Source: an uncultured Planctomycetota bacterium (GTDB taxonomy: Bacteria; Planctomycetota; Planctomycetia; Isosphaerales; Isosphaeraceae). Taken from it: a stretch of DNA of 64,000 bases. Position numbers and translations under genes: made by a program. The DNA is taken from positions 6,592,001 to 6,656,000 of the forward strand of contig CAVTTN010000002.1 of the NCBI GenBank assembly GCA_963737655.1, given 5' to 3'. The notes under the pieces were generated by a model. It had not been told where the DNA came from, searched no databases, and was given only the letters and a program-made list of their open reading frames with translations. Positions 50,811 to 62,266 of the stretch are shown one piece after another (positions within the stretch are counted from its first letter, which is position 1; each line of letters starts with the position of its first letter).

Positions 50811-51935
50811 ATGGCGTCACCCGGCCCGTTGCGCGAGGAACCCCGAGGGATGACGCTGGCGGACCTCGTGGCGGCGGTCGTGGGGAGTGCGGTGGGCCTG
50901 GCGGTGTTGCGGGGCGTCGGACTGTTCGAGGTCGCCTCGTACCCCGGGAGGGTTCGTGCGGTCGTGATCGGGCTGCGGGTGGGGCTGGTCGGCTCGTTCG
51001 CCCTCTCGACGGTGACCCTGGCCCGCCGCGGGAGGTTCGGCGGGGCGATTCGGCCGACAGACTGGTTGGCGATCCTCCCGGCGACGTTCCTCGTCGAATA
51101 CCTGTTCCCGCCCGGCCTGGACTTCGGGGGCTGGCTGGCCTCGAAGCTCCATGTCCCGTTCGCCGCGATGTCCTGGATCGTGAGGGGAGGCGCCGTCCTG
51201 ATCGCCCTGGTCGCGGCGAGCCTGGCGGCGGCCCTGGTCCGGAGGAAGCGGGGCGGGGCCTTTCCTCTCCTCGTGCTGGCCGTCGGTGTGTCGGCGATCC
51301 ACTGGGCGGCGACGGACCTCGCCTTCTTCGAGGGGTTGAGGCTCTTCCGGCCGGTCGTCGCGTCCCTGTCGCGGATCTTCGATTCTCGCCCCTCGGATTA
51401 CTTCTACAACGAGGCGTTGCTGGCGATGGCGAGGCTCCCCGAGGGCGTGTTCCGCGGGGTGCCCACGGTCGCGACGCTCCTGGCGATCCTCCGGGGTCGA
51501 GGCCGGTCGTGGGCCTGGTCGGACTGGGCCTCGGCGGCGACGGGCCCGGCGACCTGGGCTTCCGTGATCGTCGTGAGTCGCTCGTTCGTCCCGCTAACGA
51601 GCACCGATGGGATCGTTTTCGCGGCCTATGTCGCGACCTCCGCCGCCCTGTCGATGCTGGTCGTCGCCCTCCTCGGGCCGCTCTGGACGCGCCTCTTCGC
51701 CCCGGGACATGATGAGGGACGAACGTCGCCAGCCCCGCCTCTCCGCCTCAGCCCGGCCGATCATGGCCGCACCATGACCCTGGAGGAGTGCGCCGACGCC
51801 GAGGAAGCGGAAGGCTATCGCGATGAGCTCGCCCGGGGGGGCCTCGAAGTGACCGAAGTCCCGGCCGAGAAGGGCCCCGGCTACGGCCGTTACGCGGGGG
51901 AAGCGACCGCCGCCCCGGCCGAGGCGGCGGAGTAA
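50811..51935 (+). CDS. Chimeric membrane protein fused to Uma2 N-terminus and RpoC C-terminal tail
   Basis: Paralog of 52738-53670; ends PLRLSPADHGRTM... then [23 protein letters not shown]. Confidence 0.75.
   Translation: MASPGPLREEPRGMTLADLVAAVVGSAVGLAVLRGVGLFEVASYPGRVRAVVIGLRVGLVGSFALSTVTLARRGRFGGAIRPTDWLAILPATFLVEYLFPPGLDFGGWLASKLHVPFAAMSWIVRGGAVLIALVAASLAAALVRRKRGGAFPLLVLAVGVSAIHWAATDLAFFEGLRLFRPVVASLSRIFDSRPSDYFYNEALLAMARLPEGVFRGVPTVATLLAILRGRGRSWAWSDWASAATGPATWASVIVVSRSFVPLTSTDGIVFAAYVATSAALSMLVVALLGPLWTRLFAPGHDEGRTSPAPPLRLSPADHGRTMTLEECADAEEAEGYRDELARGGLEVTEVPAEKGPGYGRYAGEATAAPAEAAE
51864..51935 (+). repeat. Diverged direct repeat of the rpoC 3' end (47766-47840)
   Basis: 26-nt identity GCCGAGAAGGGCCCCGGCTACGGCCG, similarity continues to TAA. 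Confidence 0.9.
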
Positions 51936-52028
51936 TCAGCGGGAGAATTCGGCGATCCGCGAAAGACATCCGGCCGGCGCCCTGGCAAAGCGATGGAGGC
52001 GGGCCGGCATCGTTTTCGTCCGTGGCGG

Positions 52029-52393
52029 TCAGGTGATCTGGGCGACCGTCCACCAAGGCTCGGGCCGATGGGGGAGGCCGGCGGCCTCCTCGTCGTCGCA
52101 GGCGCCCAGGCCGAGCGTGTAGAACCGGACCCATCCCCCGTAGGAGGGGCATCGACCGACGAATCCGGCGCCCTCCCACCCGGATCGGACGAGCGGATTT
52201 TTGACCTCCTCGGGGTCGCCGTGCAACTCCAGCTTGAAATCCATCCACTCGAATCGCCGGCCAGAGCCGGCGGGGGGACAGGCCGGGTCGTCATCGTGGC
52301 CATGAGGGGAAGCCATCGCTTGCAGCCCGCCCTCGCGATAGTATCGGTCGAGCCCTCGAGCTCGGGACGTGACGCCGTCGCCCGTCGGGACAT
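52029..52393 (-). pseudogene. Degenerate paralog of 38415-38771 Zn-binding protein
   Basis: Shares YREGGL, MASPH, DFKLELHGDPEE, GRCPS; frameshift near 52345 and two Cys lost. Confidence 0.75.
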
Positions 52394-52737
52394 GATGGAC
52401 CCCCGGGGCCCTCGGATGATTCGCTCGGGGACCAGGCCCCTCGCTCCGGGGATTTTCTCCCGAGGACCGGGGACGGGGAAGTCCGCCGTCCCTCGCGGTC
52501 CCGTCGCGATGGAACCGGAGTGGGACCTCCGGTATGTTGAGAATCCGGGTGGAGATGCGTCCGGGGTCGAGCGATGGCGAATCCCATCCAAAACGTCAGG
52601 GACGTCCACGAGCGGACGGCCACGCTCAGCCTCCTGGAACAGGAAGGCTTCCCGGCCTACTTCAACCTGGCCGAGGCGGGAGGCGCGGAGGATTTCGAGG
52701 GCCCGTTCCGCTCTCTGCCCCTGTGAGGAGGTCGAAG

Positions 52738-53670
52738 ATGTCCGTAGCCAGTCCGGCGTGGGCGGAGCCCCGGGGGATGACCCTGGCGGACCTCGCGGCC
52801 CTGGTCGTGGGGTGCGCGGGGGGGATGGCCACGCTCAAGGTCGCGGGCTACTTCCAGATCGCCTCATTCCCGGCCTCGGCCCGGCCGTTCCTGATCCTCG
52901 TCCAGGCCGGGATGATCGCGGGGGTCGGCCTGACCGCGGTGGCCCTGGCCCGGCGGTGGCGGTACGGGGGCACGGCCCGCCCGACGGAGTGGATGGCGAT
53001 CCTGGCCGCGGATTTCCTCCTCCAACGCCTCGCCCCCACCTTCGGCCGGTACGTCGCGGCGTGGGCCTCGCTCTCGGTTTGGGATTACGAGCCGCTGGCC
53101 TGGCGGGTGGCGGGGATGGCGACCCTGGCCGCGATCGTCGCGGTGGTCCTGGCGGGGATCCTCCGCCGGTGGTCCCCGGGCGCCGTGACGACCCTCCTCC
53201 TGGCCGCGGCCCCGGCCGCCCTCCTCTGGGGGACCGCCCCGGCGGTGTACAACTTCCATGAATCGCTGTTCGGGCCCGTGGGTCGCTGGGTCGAGGGCCT
53301 CGCCGGGGCCCAGCGGAAGGGCCTGGCGTCCGACGTGACCATGGCCCTGGGGCGGCTCCCCCAGGGGATCGTCTACGGCCTGCCGACGGTCGCCTCGCTC
53401 CTGACGATCCTCCGGGGGCGGAGCCGGTCGTGGGCCTGGTCGGACTGGGCCTCGGCCGCCACGGGCCTGCTCGTCTGGTCGGCGTGGGTCGGCACCACCC
53501 ATTCCTGGGGCATCCATTCGACGAACGAAGCGATCGTCTTCGCCGTCTACCTGGCGGTCGTCGGCGGCGTGACGCTCCTGATCGTCCTGCGTCTCGGCCC
53601 GGTCTGGAACCGCCTGTTCCATCCGGGCCAACCTGAGAAACGAACGTCACCAGCCCCGACCGAGGACTGA
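52738..53670 (+). CDS. Hypothetical multi-TM membrane protein
   Basis: EPRGMTLADL, RPTEW, RSWAWSDWASAATG shared with 50811 copy. Confidence 0.75.
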   Translation: MSVASPAWAEPRGMTLADLAALVVGCAGGMATLKVAGYFQIASFPASARPFLILVQAGMIAGVGLTAVALARRWRYGGTARPTEWMAILAADFLLQRLAPTFGRYVAAWASLSVWDYEPLAWRVAGMATLAAIVAVVLAGILRRWSPGAVTTLLLAAAPAALLWGTAPAVYNFHESLFGPVGRWVEGLAGAQRKGLASDVTMALGRLPQGIVYGLPTVASLLTILRGRSRSWAWSDWASAATGLLVWSAWVGTTHSWGIHSTNEAIVFAVYLAVVGGVTLLIVLRLGPVWNRLFHPGQPEKRTSPAPTED

Positions 53671-53675
53671 TCCGC

Positions 53676-54302
53676 ATGGCCGCCATCGCCCCGCCTCTCC
53701 GCCTCGGCCCGGCCGATCATGGCCGCACCATGACCCTGGAGGAGTTCCAGGATGCCGAGGAATCCGAGGGATATCGGTATGAGCTGGCCCGAGGAGTCCT
53801 TGAAGTGACGTTCGTGCCCGGCGAGCCCCACGGCCTGATCGTCTGCTGGTTCTATGATGCGATCAGCGAATACCGGAGGCGTCATCCGGGCGTGATCCAT
53901 CGGTATGGAGGCGCCTCGGAATATCGGCTCTGGCTGCCGATCATGGTTTCGGGGCGAAACCCCGACGTGGCTCTGTCGCTGGCGAACACGCCGAGAGATC
54001 TTCGCGGTTCTCGCCCGCCGAGCCTGGCCGTCGAGGTGGTCTCCTCCGGGGATGAAGCCCGGACCCGTGATTATGTCACCAAGCGCGAGGAATACCTGGC
54101 GTTTGGGCTCCGCGAATACTGGATCGTCGATCGGTTCGAGCGCAAAATCACGGTCCTGATCCGCGACGGCGACTCGTGGGTCGAGCGCGTGTTCGTCGAT
54201 GGCCAATCCGCCGAGGGGCTGGTCCTCCCGGGGTTCTCCGTGGCCGTTTCGGAGATCTGGCCGGAAGGCGATGATGAGGACGACCGAGGGGCGGTGTCGT
54301 GA
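53676..54302 (+). CDS. Uma2 family endonuclease
   Basis: LGPADHGRTM, YELARG, NPDV, VEVVS, EYWIVD. Confidence 0.9.
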   Translation: MAAIAPPLRLGPADHGRTMTLEEFQDAEESEGYRYELARGVLEVTFVPGEPHGLIVCWFYDAISEYRRRHPGVIHRYGGASEYRLWLPIMVSGRNPDVALSLANTPRDLRGSRPPSLAVEVVSSGDEARTRDYVTKREEYLAFGLREYWIVDRFERKITVLIRDGDSWVERVFVDGQSAEGLVLPGFSVAVSEIWPEGDDEDDRGAVS

Positions 54303-54949
54303 GGCGTCCCGCGACCGCCGATCGGGCTCGATCTCGCTTGATCGCCCTGAATGCCGAGATCCGAGGGTGCCGGGCGTGCCATCTCCGGGGGTTCCTGGAT
54401 GAGGCCGAGTCCGTGCCGATCGTCCGCGACCCCGAGCCGGATGGCCCGGTCCCGCGGATCTTGCTGGTGGGCCAGGCCCCCGGCCTCCGGGCCACGATCA
54501 CCGACCGGCCGTTCGCCGGGATCTCGGGCGAGAAGCTCCGCTCCTGGTTCGAGAAGGGGGGCATCCCTCGCCAGGACTTCTGGAAGACGATCCACTTCGC
54601 CGCCGTGACCCGGTGCTACCCGGGACGACTCCCCGGGGCCCGCGGCGATCGCGTGCCGACCCCGGCCGAACAGGCGATCTGCCGGCCCTGGCTCGAAGAA
54701 ACGATCGCCGTCGTCCGGCCCGAGATCGTCCTGCTCGTCGGCCTCCTGGCGATCCGCACGTTCCTCGGACCCGTGAAGACGCTTTCGAGCGTGGTCGGGA
54801 CCGGGGAGGTCCGCGATGGCGTGAAGTTCCTGCCGCTGCCCCATCCCTCGGGGGTCAGCCGGTGGCTGAATGACCCGGCGAACCTGGAGGCCGTGGATCG
54901 GGCGACGGCGATCCTCCGGGGGTGGGTGGACGCCCTGGAGATCCGGTGA
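54299..54949 (+). CDS. Uracil-DNA glycosylase family protein
   Basis: CRAC, GQAPG, RCYP, CRPWL, PHPS. Confidence 0.88.
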   Translation: MRRPATADRARSRLIALNAEIRGCRACHLRGFLDEAESVPIVRDPEPDGPVPRILLVGQAPGLRATITDRPFAGISGEKLRSWFEKGGIPRQDFWKTIHFAAVTRCYPGRLPGARGDRVPTPAEQAICRPWLEETIAVVRPEIVLLVGLLAIRTFLGPVKTLSSVVGTGEVRDGVKFLPLPHPSGVSRWLNDPANLEAVDRATAILRGWVDALEIR

Positions 54950-56131
54950 TCGCCGGCCCGTTTCCTCGGTGTTCCTTGAAGGTCTCGACCAATCGATCCG
55001 TGGCCGCCGTCCAGCGATAGTTGGCGGCGATCTCGCGGCCGGTCTCGGCCCTCCATCGGCGCTCCTCGGGGCGGTCGAGGAGGTTCCGGAGCGTCTGGGC
55101 GATCGCCTCCTCGCTCTCGGGGTCGAAATACCAGCCGGCGTCGCCCGCGACTTCGGGCAGGGCGGTCGAGTTGGCCAGGGCCACGGGGCAGCCCCGGGCC
55201 ATCGCCTCGACGGCGGGGATGCCGAAGCTCTCGCAGAGCGACGGGAAGACCAGGGCGGCGGCCTCCGAATAAATCGCGGCCAGGGAGCGGCCCTGGCGGT
55301 ATCCGGGCGTCTTGACGATCGCCTTCGGGCCGATCTTCGCGGCGGCCGTTCGGAGCGACTCCGCCTCGCTGTCCGAGCCGTCCCCGACGAGGACCACGGC
55401 GAGCGATCCGTCGCGGACCTCCGGCAATCGCCCGGCCGCCCCGAGGAGCTTCGCGAGGTTCTTCCTCGCCTGGAAGTTGGCGACCGAGAGCAGATAGGGC
55501 ATCTCCGGAGCGAGCCCGAGGTCGGTCCTCACGGCCTGGCGCTCGCGATCGGTCGGAGGCTCGAAGAAGAGGTCGTCGGCGCCGTTGGGGACGTGGGCGA
55601 CCTTGTCCCGGCACTCGGGGAACTCGTCCAGGAGCCGGTCGGTGTTGAACTTCGAGACCGAGAGGACCAGGGAGGCCATCGCGAAGGCCCGGGCGAGCTT
55701 TCGCTTGCGACGAGGCCCCCGAATCGTATGTCCTGGAGGACGTCGTGGCTGGTCACCGCCAGCTTCGCCTTCCTCGTGGGGACGGCGTACTCGGCCGGGC
55801 AATAGATCCATTCGGATTGGCCGGCCCAGAGGTCGATCGGCGGCCAGGAGACGAGCCTCCAGGCGCGGAGGGCGTTGCGGGTCGTCAACGGCAGCTCCCG
55901 GCGGGGCAGGGGGTCGAGCCCTTCCCAGAACGCCAGGCCGTCGGGCTGGGAGATCCGTCCGGAAACGGCCCGGAGCGCCACGTCGGGCCGGTTGGCGAGG
56001 TTGCGGAGCTGGGCCAGGGCGTGACGGGTCACTCCCGTGGGGCCTCGGCAGGCGTCCATGTCGTAGAAGAGGGCCACCCGGACCGCCCTCGGATCGCCCC
56101 CTGCCGCCATCGTCTCCGCCTCCTCGGTCAT
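54855..56131 (-). CDS. Glycosyltransferase family 4 (frameshift at ~55718, probably a homopolymer error)
   Basis: RKN, FPSLCESFGIPAVEAMARG; N-terminus in ORF 55529-56377 frame. Confidence 0.85.
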
Positions 56132-56379
56132 CGCCCGAAGAACACCCAGCCCAGGCAGACCAGCAACCCCAGCCCGACCCCGATCAGGAGCCACGCGGGC
56201 AGGCGCCTCGGCGAGTCCTCCCGAGAGAGGTACTTGCCGCAATCCGGGCACCTCTCGGCGTCGTGGTAGACCGGCTCGCCGCACCAGGGGCAGGGGTCCG
56301 TCTCGTCGTCCTCGTCGTCCCGGTCCTCGTCGTCGGGGGCTTCGCGATCGTCGAGGTCGTCGTCGGCGTCGTTCCACAT
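56128..56379 (-). CDS. Zinc-ribbon membrane protein with acidic N-terminus
   Basis: CPWC...CPDC then TM helix. Confidence 0.75.
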   Translation of the reverse strand: MWNDADDDLDDREAPDDEDRDDEDDETDPCPWCGEPVYHDAERCPDCGKYLSREDSPRRLPAWLLIGVGLGLLVCLGWVFFGR

Positions 56380-56592
56380 CGGCCGGCCCTCCGTCGGCGA
56401 CGATCGTAGAGGAGAGGCCGAGCGGGCGTCAACCGGGCAACTCTTCCGACGGCGACCTGGCGGTTTGCGACGACCAGAGAAAATTTGACTTTTGTATAGG
56501 AGCGGGTAAGCTGCGGTGGACGATTCCGCGCCCGGCGAGTCCATGGCTCCAGGTTTTCCTCGCGGGATGCTCTCTTCGAAAGGGTTCGCACC

Positions 56593-59235
56593 ATGCTTCG
56601 TTCTCTGGACTCGAGGAAGAGGGGTCGGGCCCGGAAGACGAGGCCGATGGTCGAGGCCCTGGAAGCGAAGCAGCTGCTCGCGGCGTTCGTCGTGACGACC
56701 GCCGCCGACACCGGCGTCGGCTCGCTCCGCCAGGCGATCTCGGATGCCAATGCCAACCCGGGCTACGACGCGATCACCTTCAACATCCCCGGAGGGGGCG
56801 TCCAGACGATCACGCCGACGACCCCTCTGCCCGACGTGACCGACCCGACGCTGATCGACGCGACCACGCAGCCCGGGTATGCCGGGACCCCGCTGATCCA
56901 GCTCAACGGCGGCAACATCTTCTACAACCTGCCTTACTACCCGCCGAATTATCCGATCCCCAACGTCAACGGCCTGACGCTCGCCGGCGGGGAGAGCACG
57001 GTCAAGGGCCTGGACATCAACCGCTTCTCCGGCTACGGGATCGGCCTCTCGGGCGACGGCAACACGATCTCCGGGGACTTCATCGGCACCGACCCGACCG
57101 GCACCCGGTCCCAGGGCAACTCCAACGGCGGGATTTACTCGGAGACCCGGGAGAACCAGATCGGCGGCTCGGGCGCCGCCAACCGCAACCTGATCTCGGG
57201 CAACGGCGGGTACGGGATCACCCTGGCCTCGGCCGGCAACCTGCCGACGAACAACCGGGTCCAGGGCAACTTCATCGGCACCGACGTGACCGGCTCGAAC
57301 GACCTGGGCAACCTCCAGGGGGGGATCAACGTCCAGTCCTCGGGCAACCTGATCGGAGGGCAGGCGGCGGTCCTGGCCAACACGATCGCGTTCAACGGCG
57401 GGGCGGGCGTCCAGGTCGGCTATTACGGCTACCAGCAGAACGTCAACGGCAACGCGATCCTCGGCAACTCGATCTATCAGAACATCGGGCTGGGGATCGA
57501 CATCGGGTACACGGGCGTCTCGAACTACAATTACGGCAGCTACAGCCCGAACCGCGGGATCAACTTCCCGACCCTGGCCTCGGCCTACCCCGTCAGCGGG
57601 GGGACGGCCGTCGAGGGCACGTATTCGGGCATCCCCGACAGCTTCTACCGGATCGAGTTCTTCGCCAACCAGGCGCCCGACCCCTCGGGCTACGGCCAGG
57701 GCCAGACGTTCCTGGGATCGACGTCCGTCCTGACCGACGACTCGGGCAACGCCGAGATCTTCACGACGCTGACCAACCGCGTCCCGGCCGGCGAGTACCT
57801 CACGGCCACGGCCACCGACTCGCTGAACGACACCTCGGAGTTCTCCAAGGCGATCCCCATCTCCTCGACGGCCAAGGCCGACGTCTCGGTCGCCTTCACC
57901 AGCCCGGGGACGCCGTTGACCCTCGGCAGCGATCTGGTCTACGTCCTGAGCGTGAGCAACTCCGGCCCGAGCCGGGCCACCAACGTGACGCTGACCGACC
58001 CGCTCCCCTCGGGCGTCTCGTTCGTGTCGGCCAACCCGACCCAGGGCACCGCCGACGTGTCCAACGGGACCGTCACGGTGAACTTCGGGACGCTCGACAG
58101 CGGGAGCACGGCCGGCCTGGTCCTGGTCGTCCATCCCACGGTCGTGGCGCCGATCACCAACACGGTGACGGTCAAGGCCGACCAGCCCGACCCGATGCCG
58201 GCCAACAACTCCGCCTCTCAGACCGTGGTGACGGTCCCCGTCCCGCCGACGGACCTCTCGGTCCTGGTCACGGCCGCCCCCCCGGCGGTGGCCCTGGGCC
58301 AGGATCTCACCTACGTCGTCGAGGTCGCGAACTTCGGCCCCTCGCCGGCCTCGGGGGTGACGGTCACGGACAACCTCCCCTCCGCCGCCTCGGTCCTCTC
58401 CTCCAAGAGCACCCAGGGCACCACGTCCATCTCCAACGGGGTGCTCACGGCGAACCTCGGCATCCTGCCGGTCGGCTCCACCGCGCTGATCACCATCGTG
58501 CTCCAGCCCGGGGCCATCGGCCTGGCGGTCAGCCAGGCGACCGTCACCTCCGACCAGGCCGACGACAACATCGTGAACAACGTCTCGGCCCTGAGCACCC
58601 CCGTCGTCGCCAACACCTTGCCTCCCTCGGTCCTCGGCCAGACGCTGAAGGTCTCCGGCCAGTCGATCACCGCCGTCGTCCTGAGCTTCGACAAGGACAT
58701 GAACGCGACGATGGCCGGCAACCTGGCGAACTACGCGATCCAGGACCTCGGCAACAAGAAGACGCCGAACTCCAGCGGCCCGGCCGTCTCCCTGGCCTCC
58801 GCCACGTATGACCCGGTCACCCGGAGCGTCACGCTCGTCCCCTCGTCCCCCCTGGCCGTCGGCCGGTTCTACCAGTTGACCGTGAACGGCCCCGGCGCCC
58901 CGGGGATCACCGACAACGGCGGCATCCCCCTGGACGGCGACCGCAACGGCCTGGCGGGCGGCATCTATACCTCGCTGTTCGGCCGGGGGACGCGGACCCA
59001 GCCCACCTCGCTCCAGATCGGCGCGACGGTCCCCCAGCCTCCCCCGAGCGGCTCGGGCTCGTCGAGCTCCTCAAGCTCCTCGACCTCCACGAATTCCTCG
59101 ACCTCCACGACCACCTCCGGCTCCACGACGACCACCAAGACCAGGCACAAGCTCGTCCACCACGACAAGTCCACGACGACGGTCACCCTGACGAAGGCCC
59201 ACGCCCCGAAGCCTCACCATCGGGCCAAAGGCTGA
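56593..59235 (+). CDS. Planctomycete surface protein (beta-helix plus two DUF11 domains), copy 1
   Basis: [13 protein letters not shown] export motif; GSLRQAI, GNFIGTD repeats; N.GPS.A..VT.TD.LP. Confidence 0.85.
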   Translation: MLRSLDSRKRGRARKTRPMVEALEAKQLLAAFVVTTAADTGVGSLRQAISDANANPGYDAITFNIPGGGVQTITPTTPLPDVTDPTLIDATTQPGYAGTPLIQLNGGNIFYNLPYYPPNYPIPNVNGLTLAGGESTVKGLDINRFSGYGIGLSGDGNTISGDFIGTDPTGTRSQGNSNGGIYSETRENQIGGSGAANRNLISGNGGYGITLASAGNLPTNNRVQGNFIGTDVTGSNDLGNLQGGINVQSSGNLIGGQAAVLANTIAFNGGAGVQVGYYGYQQNVNGNAILGNSIYQNIGLGIDIGYTGVSNYNYGSYSPNRGINFPTLASAYPVSGGTAVEGTYSGIPDSFYRIEFFANQAPDPSGYGQGQTFLGSTSVLTDDSGNAEIFTTLTNRVPAGEYLTATATDSLNDTSEFSKAIPISSTAKADVSVAFTSPGTPLTLGSDLVYVLSVSNSGPSRATNVTLTDPLPSGVSFVSANPTQGTADVSNGTVTVNFGTLDSGSTAGLVLVVHPTVVAPITNTVTVKADQPDPMPANNSASQTVVTVPVPPTDLSVLVTAAPPAVALGQDLTYVVEVANFGPSPASGVTVTDNLPSAASVLSSKSTQGTTSISNGVLTANLGILPVGSTALITIVLQPGAIGLAVSQATVTSDQADDNIVNNVSALSTPVVANTLPPSVLGQTLKVSGQSITAVVLSFDKDMNATMAGNLANYAIQDLGNKKTPNSSGPAVSLASATYDPVTRSVTLVPSSPLAVGRFYQLTVNGPGAPGITDNGGIPLDGDRNGLAGGIYTSLFGRGTRTQPTSLQIGATVPQPPPSGSGSSSSSSSSTSTNSSTSTTTSGSTTTTKTRHKLVHHDKSTTTVTLTKAHAPKPHHRAKG

Positions 59236-59293
59236 GCCCACCGGAATCGCCCGGCCGACGCCTACCGGTCCGTTTCCTTCACGTCTGGCCGTG

Positions 59294-59539
59294 GAAACGG
59301 GGACTGGCTCCGGGCGTACCCGCCCGGTGCCTGTCCCCCTTTCTGCGGCCAGACACGCGGGACGGGGCAGTGGGCAGTGGGCAGTGGGCAGTGGGCAGTG
59401 GGCAGTGGGCAGTGGGCAGTGGGCAGTGGGCAGTGGGCAGTGGGCAGTGGGCGGTGGGCAGCGGGCAGTGCCTGTCCCCCTTACCGCGGCCAGACACGCG
59501 GGACAGTGCGGGGGACTCCGCCGGAGCCGTCCCCTTTTC
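59294..59539. repeat. Composite repeat: GGGGAC/GTCCCC REP-like hairpins, 37-bp direct repeat and (GGGCAGT)15 array
   Basis: Array 59365-59469; direct repeat GTGCCTGTCCCCCTT...GCGGCCAGACACGCGGGAC at 59327-59363 and 59468-59504. Confidence 0.85.
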
Positions 59540-59680
59540 CCTCGCCCTGACGACTCTGCAATCGCCCTGGTTCGGTGGGGGCGTTGACTTGTGAGAAGAG
59601 AGCGATTTGGTTACATTCACAGGCGAACGCGCCAGGAAATTTGCGTATTTGAACGTAGATGCCGTCGAAAGGATGGGTTC

Positions 59681-62266
59681 ATGCCTGTCGTCCACGACTC
59701 GAAGGGGCGGCGACGCGTGCGGCCGAGTGTCGAGGCCCTCGAATCGAGGAGACTCCTCGCGTCGTTCGTGGTCACGAACACGGCGGACACCGGCGATGGC
59801 TCCCTCCGGCAGGCGATCCTGGACGCCGACGCGAACCCGGGGCTCGATACCATCTCCTTCGACATCCCCGGCGGAGGCGTCCGGACGATCGCCCCGACGA
59901 CCCCTCTTCCCGACGTGACCGACCCGGCGGTCATCGACGGCACCACCGAGCCCGGATATTCCGGGACCCCTCGGATCGAGCTCGATGGCGGGAACATCTT
60001 CCTGGGCGGGCCCGAAGCCTCCGAGGACATCCCCGTCCCCAGCGTCAACGGCCTGACGCTCGCCGGGGGGGACAGCCTGGTCAAGGGGCTGGACATCAAC
60101 CGCTTCTCCGGCTACGGGATCGGCCTCTCGGGCGACGGCAACACGATCTCCGGCAATTTCCTCGGCACCGACCCGACCGGCGCCCTCGCCGAGGGCAACG
60201 GCCTGGGCGGTCTGTTCGCCGAAACCCTGAACAACCAGATCGGCGGCCCCGTCGCCTCCGATCGCAACGTGATCTCGGGCAACGACGGGTACGGGATCGT
60301 CCTGGCGTCGCAGGGGGGCATGCCTACCCACGACCAGGTCCAGGGGAATTTTATTGGGACCGACGCCACCGGCGTCAAAGACCTGGGCAACGCCTACGAC
60401 GGGATCAACATCGAATCCTCCGACAACTTGATCGGCGGCGAGTCGGCGGCCCTGGCCAACACGATCGCCTTCAACGGCCGGGTGGGCGTCCAGGTCGGCT
60501 ACTACAACATTCAAACAGGCGTGGACGGCAACGCGATCCTCGGCAATTCGATCTTCTCGGACGTCGGGCTCGGCATCGCCCTGGGATACCCGAGCCCGAT
60601 CCAGCAACCGCCGGTCGGGTCCGGCCCGAATCGGGGCATAAGTACCCCCCAACTGACCTCGGCCTATTCGGTCAACGGCGGGACGGCCGTCGAGGGCCTG
60701 TACCTGGGGACCCCGAACACGACGTATCGGATCGAGCTCTTCGCCGACACCGCGCCTGACCCCTCGGGCTACGGCCAGGGCCGGACGTTCCTCGGCGCGA
60801 CCGACGTGACCACCGACTCCTCGGGCCGGGCCGACGTCTTCGCGACCGTCCCCACCGGCTCCCTCGCCGGAGAATACCTGAGCGACACCGCGACCGACCC
60901 CCGGAACGACACCTCGGAGTTCGCCCCGACGCTCCCGATCCTCTCGGCGCCGACGGCCGACCTGTCGGCGAGCGAGGCGGGCTCCCCGATGACGATCCCG
61001 GCCGGCGGCGACATCGCCTACATCCTGTCCGCCGCGAGCGCCGGGCCGAACCGGGCCACGAACGTGACCCTGAGCGACGTCCTGCCGTCGGGGGTGACGT
61101 TCGTGTCGGCCAACCCGACCCAGGGCACCGCAACGTTCGCCAACGGGACGGTCACGGCGAACTTCGGCACGCTGGACAACGGACAGAGCGCCGGCCTGGT
61201 CCTGGTCGTCCGGCCCTCGCAGGTCCAGCCGATCACGAACACGGTGACGGTCCGGGCGGACCAGGCCGACCCGAATCCTGCGAACGACACCGCGACGGTG
61301 ACGACCACCACGCTGCCACCCCCTCCGGCGGACCTCTCCGTCCTGGTGACCGCGGCGCCTCCCGCCATTGCCCTCGGCCAGACGCTCACCTACTCCATCG
61401 CCGTGACGAATGATGGCCCGTCGCCGGCCTCCGGAGTGGTCGTCACCAACGTCCTGCCCGCCGGCTCCTCGGTGATCTCCTCCCAGAGCACGCAGGGGAG
61501 CCTCTCGACGGCCAACGGCACGATCACCGCGAGCCTGGGCCTCCTCGCGCCGGGCGCCTCGGCCCTGATCACCATCGTGGTGAAGCCGGGGGCCGAGGGG
61601 ACGGCCGTGGACTCGGCCACCGTCTCGGCCGACCAACCCGACAACAACCTCGCGAACAACACCTCGGTGCTGGCCTCGCCCGTGGCCGCCGGCCCGACGC
61701 CGGCGCCCGACACGACGGCGCCGACGGTCCTCGCCCAGAAGCTGACCCTCTCGGGCCGGGCGATCACGTCGATTGTTCTGACATATGACAAGGCGATGGC
61801 GGCGGCCACGGTCGGGAACCTGGCGAACTACACGATCCGGGATCTCGGCGCGAAGGGGACGACCTCGGCGACCGGGCCGAAGGTGCCCCTGGCCTCGGCG
61901 ACGTTCGACCCGGCGACGGAGACCGTCACCCTGGTGCCGAGGAAGCCGCTGGCGATCGGCCGGTTCTACGAGCTGATCCTCGACGGCCCGAGGACCCCCG
62001 GGATCACCGACGCCTCGGTAATCCCCCTGGACGGCGACCGCAACGGCCTGGCCGACGGCATCTATACCTCGCTCTTCGGCCGGGGGACGCCGACCCGCCC
62101 GAACTCGCTCCAGATCGGCGCGACGGTCCCCCAGCCTCCCCCGGGCTCCTCGACCACCACCACCAGGACCAGGAACAAGCTCGTCCACCACGACGAGTCC
62201 ACGACGAGGGTCTCCCCGGCCAGGGTCCACACCCCGAAGGCCCGGCATCCCCGGGCGACCGGCTGA
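59681..62266 (+). CDS. Planctomycete surface protein (beta-helix plus DUF11), copy 2
   Basis: [13 protein letters not shown]; co-linear paralog of 56593-59235. Confidence 0.85.
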   Translation: MPVVHDSKGRRRVRPSVEALESRRLLASFVVTNTADTGDGSLRQAILDADANPGLDTISFDIPGGGVRTIAPTTPLPDVTDPAVIDGTTEPGYSGTPRIELDGGNIFLGGPEASEDIPVPSVNGLTLAGGDSLVKGLDINRFSGYGIGLSGDGNTISGNFLGTDPTGALAEGNGLGGLFAETLNNQIGGPVASDRNVISGNDGYGIVLASQGGMPTHDQVQGNFIGTDATGVKDLGNAYDGINIESSDNLIGGESAALANTIAFNGRVGVQVGYYNIQTGVDGNAILGNSIFSDVGLGIALGYPSPIQQPPVGSGPNRGISTPQLTSAYSVNGGTAVEGLYLGTPNTTYRIELFADTAPDPSGYGQGRTFLGATDVTTDSSGRADVFATVPTGSLAGEYLSDTATDPRNDTSEFAPTLPILSAPTADLSASEAGSPMTIPAGGDIAYILSAASAGPNRATNVTLSDVLPSGVTFVSANPTQGTATFANGTVTANFGTLDNGQSAGLVLVVRPSQVQPITNTVTVRADQADPNPANDTATVTTTTLPPPPADLSVLVTAAPPAIALGQTLTYSIAVTNDGPSPASGVVVTNVLPAGSSVISSQSTQGSLSTANGTITASLGLLAPGASALITIVVKPGAEGTAVDSATVSADQPDNNLANNTSVLASPVAAGPTPAPDTTAPTVLAQKLTLSGRAITSIVLTYDKAMAAATVGNLANYTIRDLGAKGTTSATGPKVPLASATFDPATETVTLVPRKPLAIGRFYELILDGPRTPGITDASVIPLDGDRNGLADGIYTSLFGRGTPTRPNSLQIGATVPQPPPGSSTTTTRTRNKLVHHDESTTRVSPARVHTPKARHPRATG

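Noticed and set aside
54855..54949. Functional 95-nt convergent overlap of UDG and glycosyltransferase
   Set aside because: The extension is low-complexity run-on typical of stop-poor GC-rich DNA or an indel.
59365..59469. CRISPR array
   Set aside because: Pure 7-nt tandem repeat with no spacers and no cas genes.
56593..62266. Diversity-generating retroelement TR/VR pair
   Set aside because: Differences are not adenine-specific, both copies are full genes, and no reverse transcriptase is present.
47929..62266. Prophage or ICE in the rpoC-rpsL spacer
   Set aside because: No integrase, transposase, relaxase or phage genes seen.
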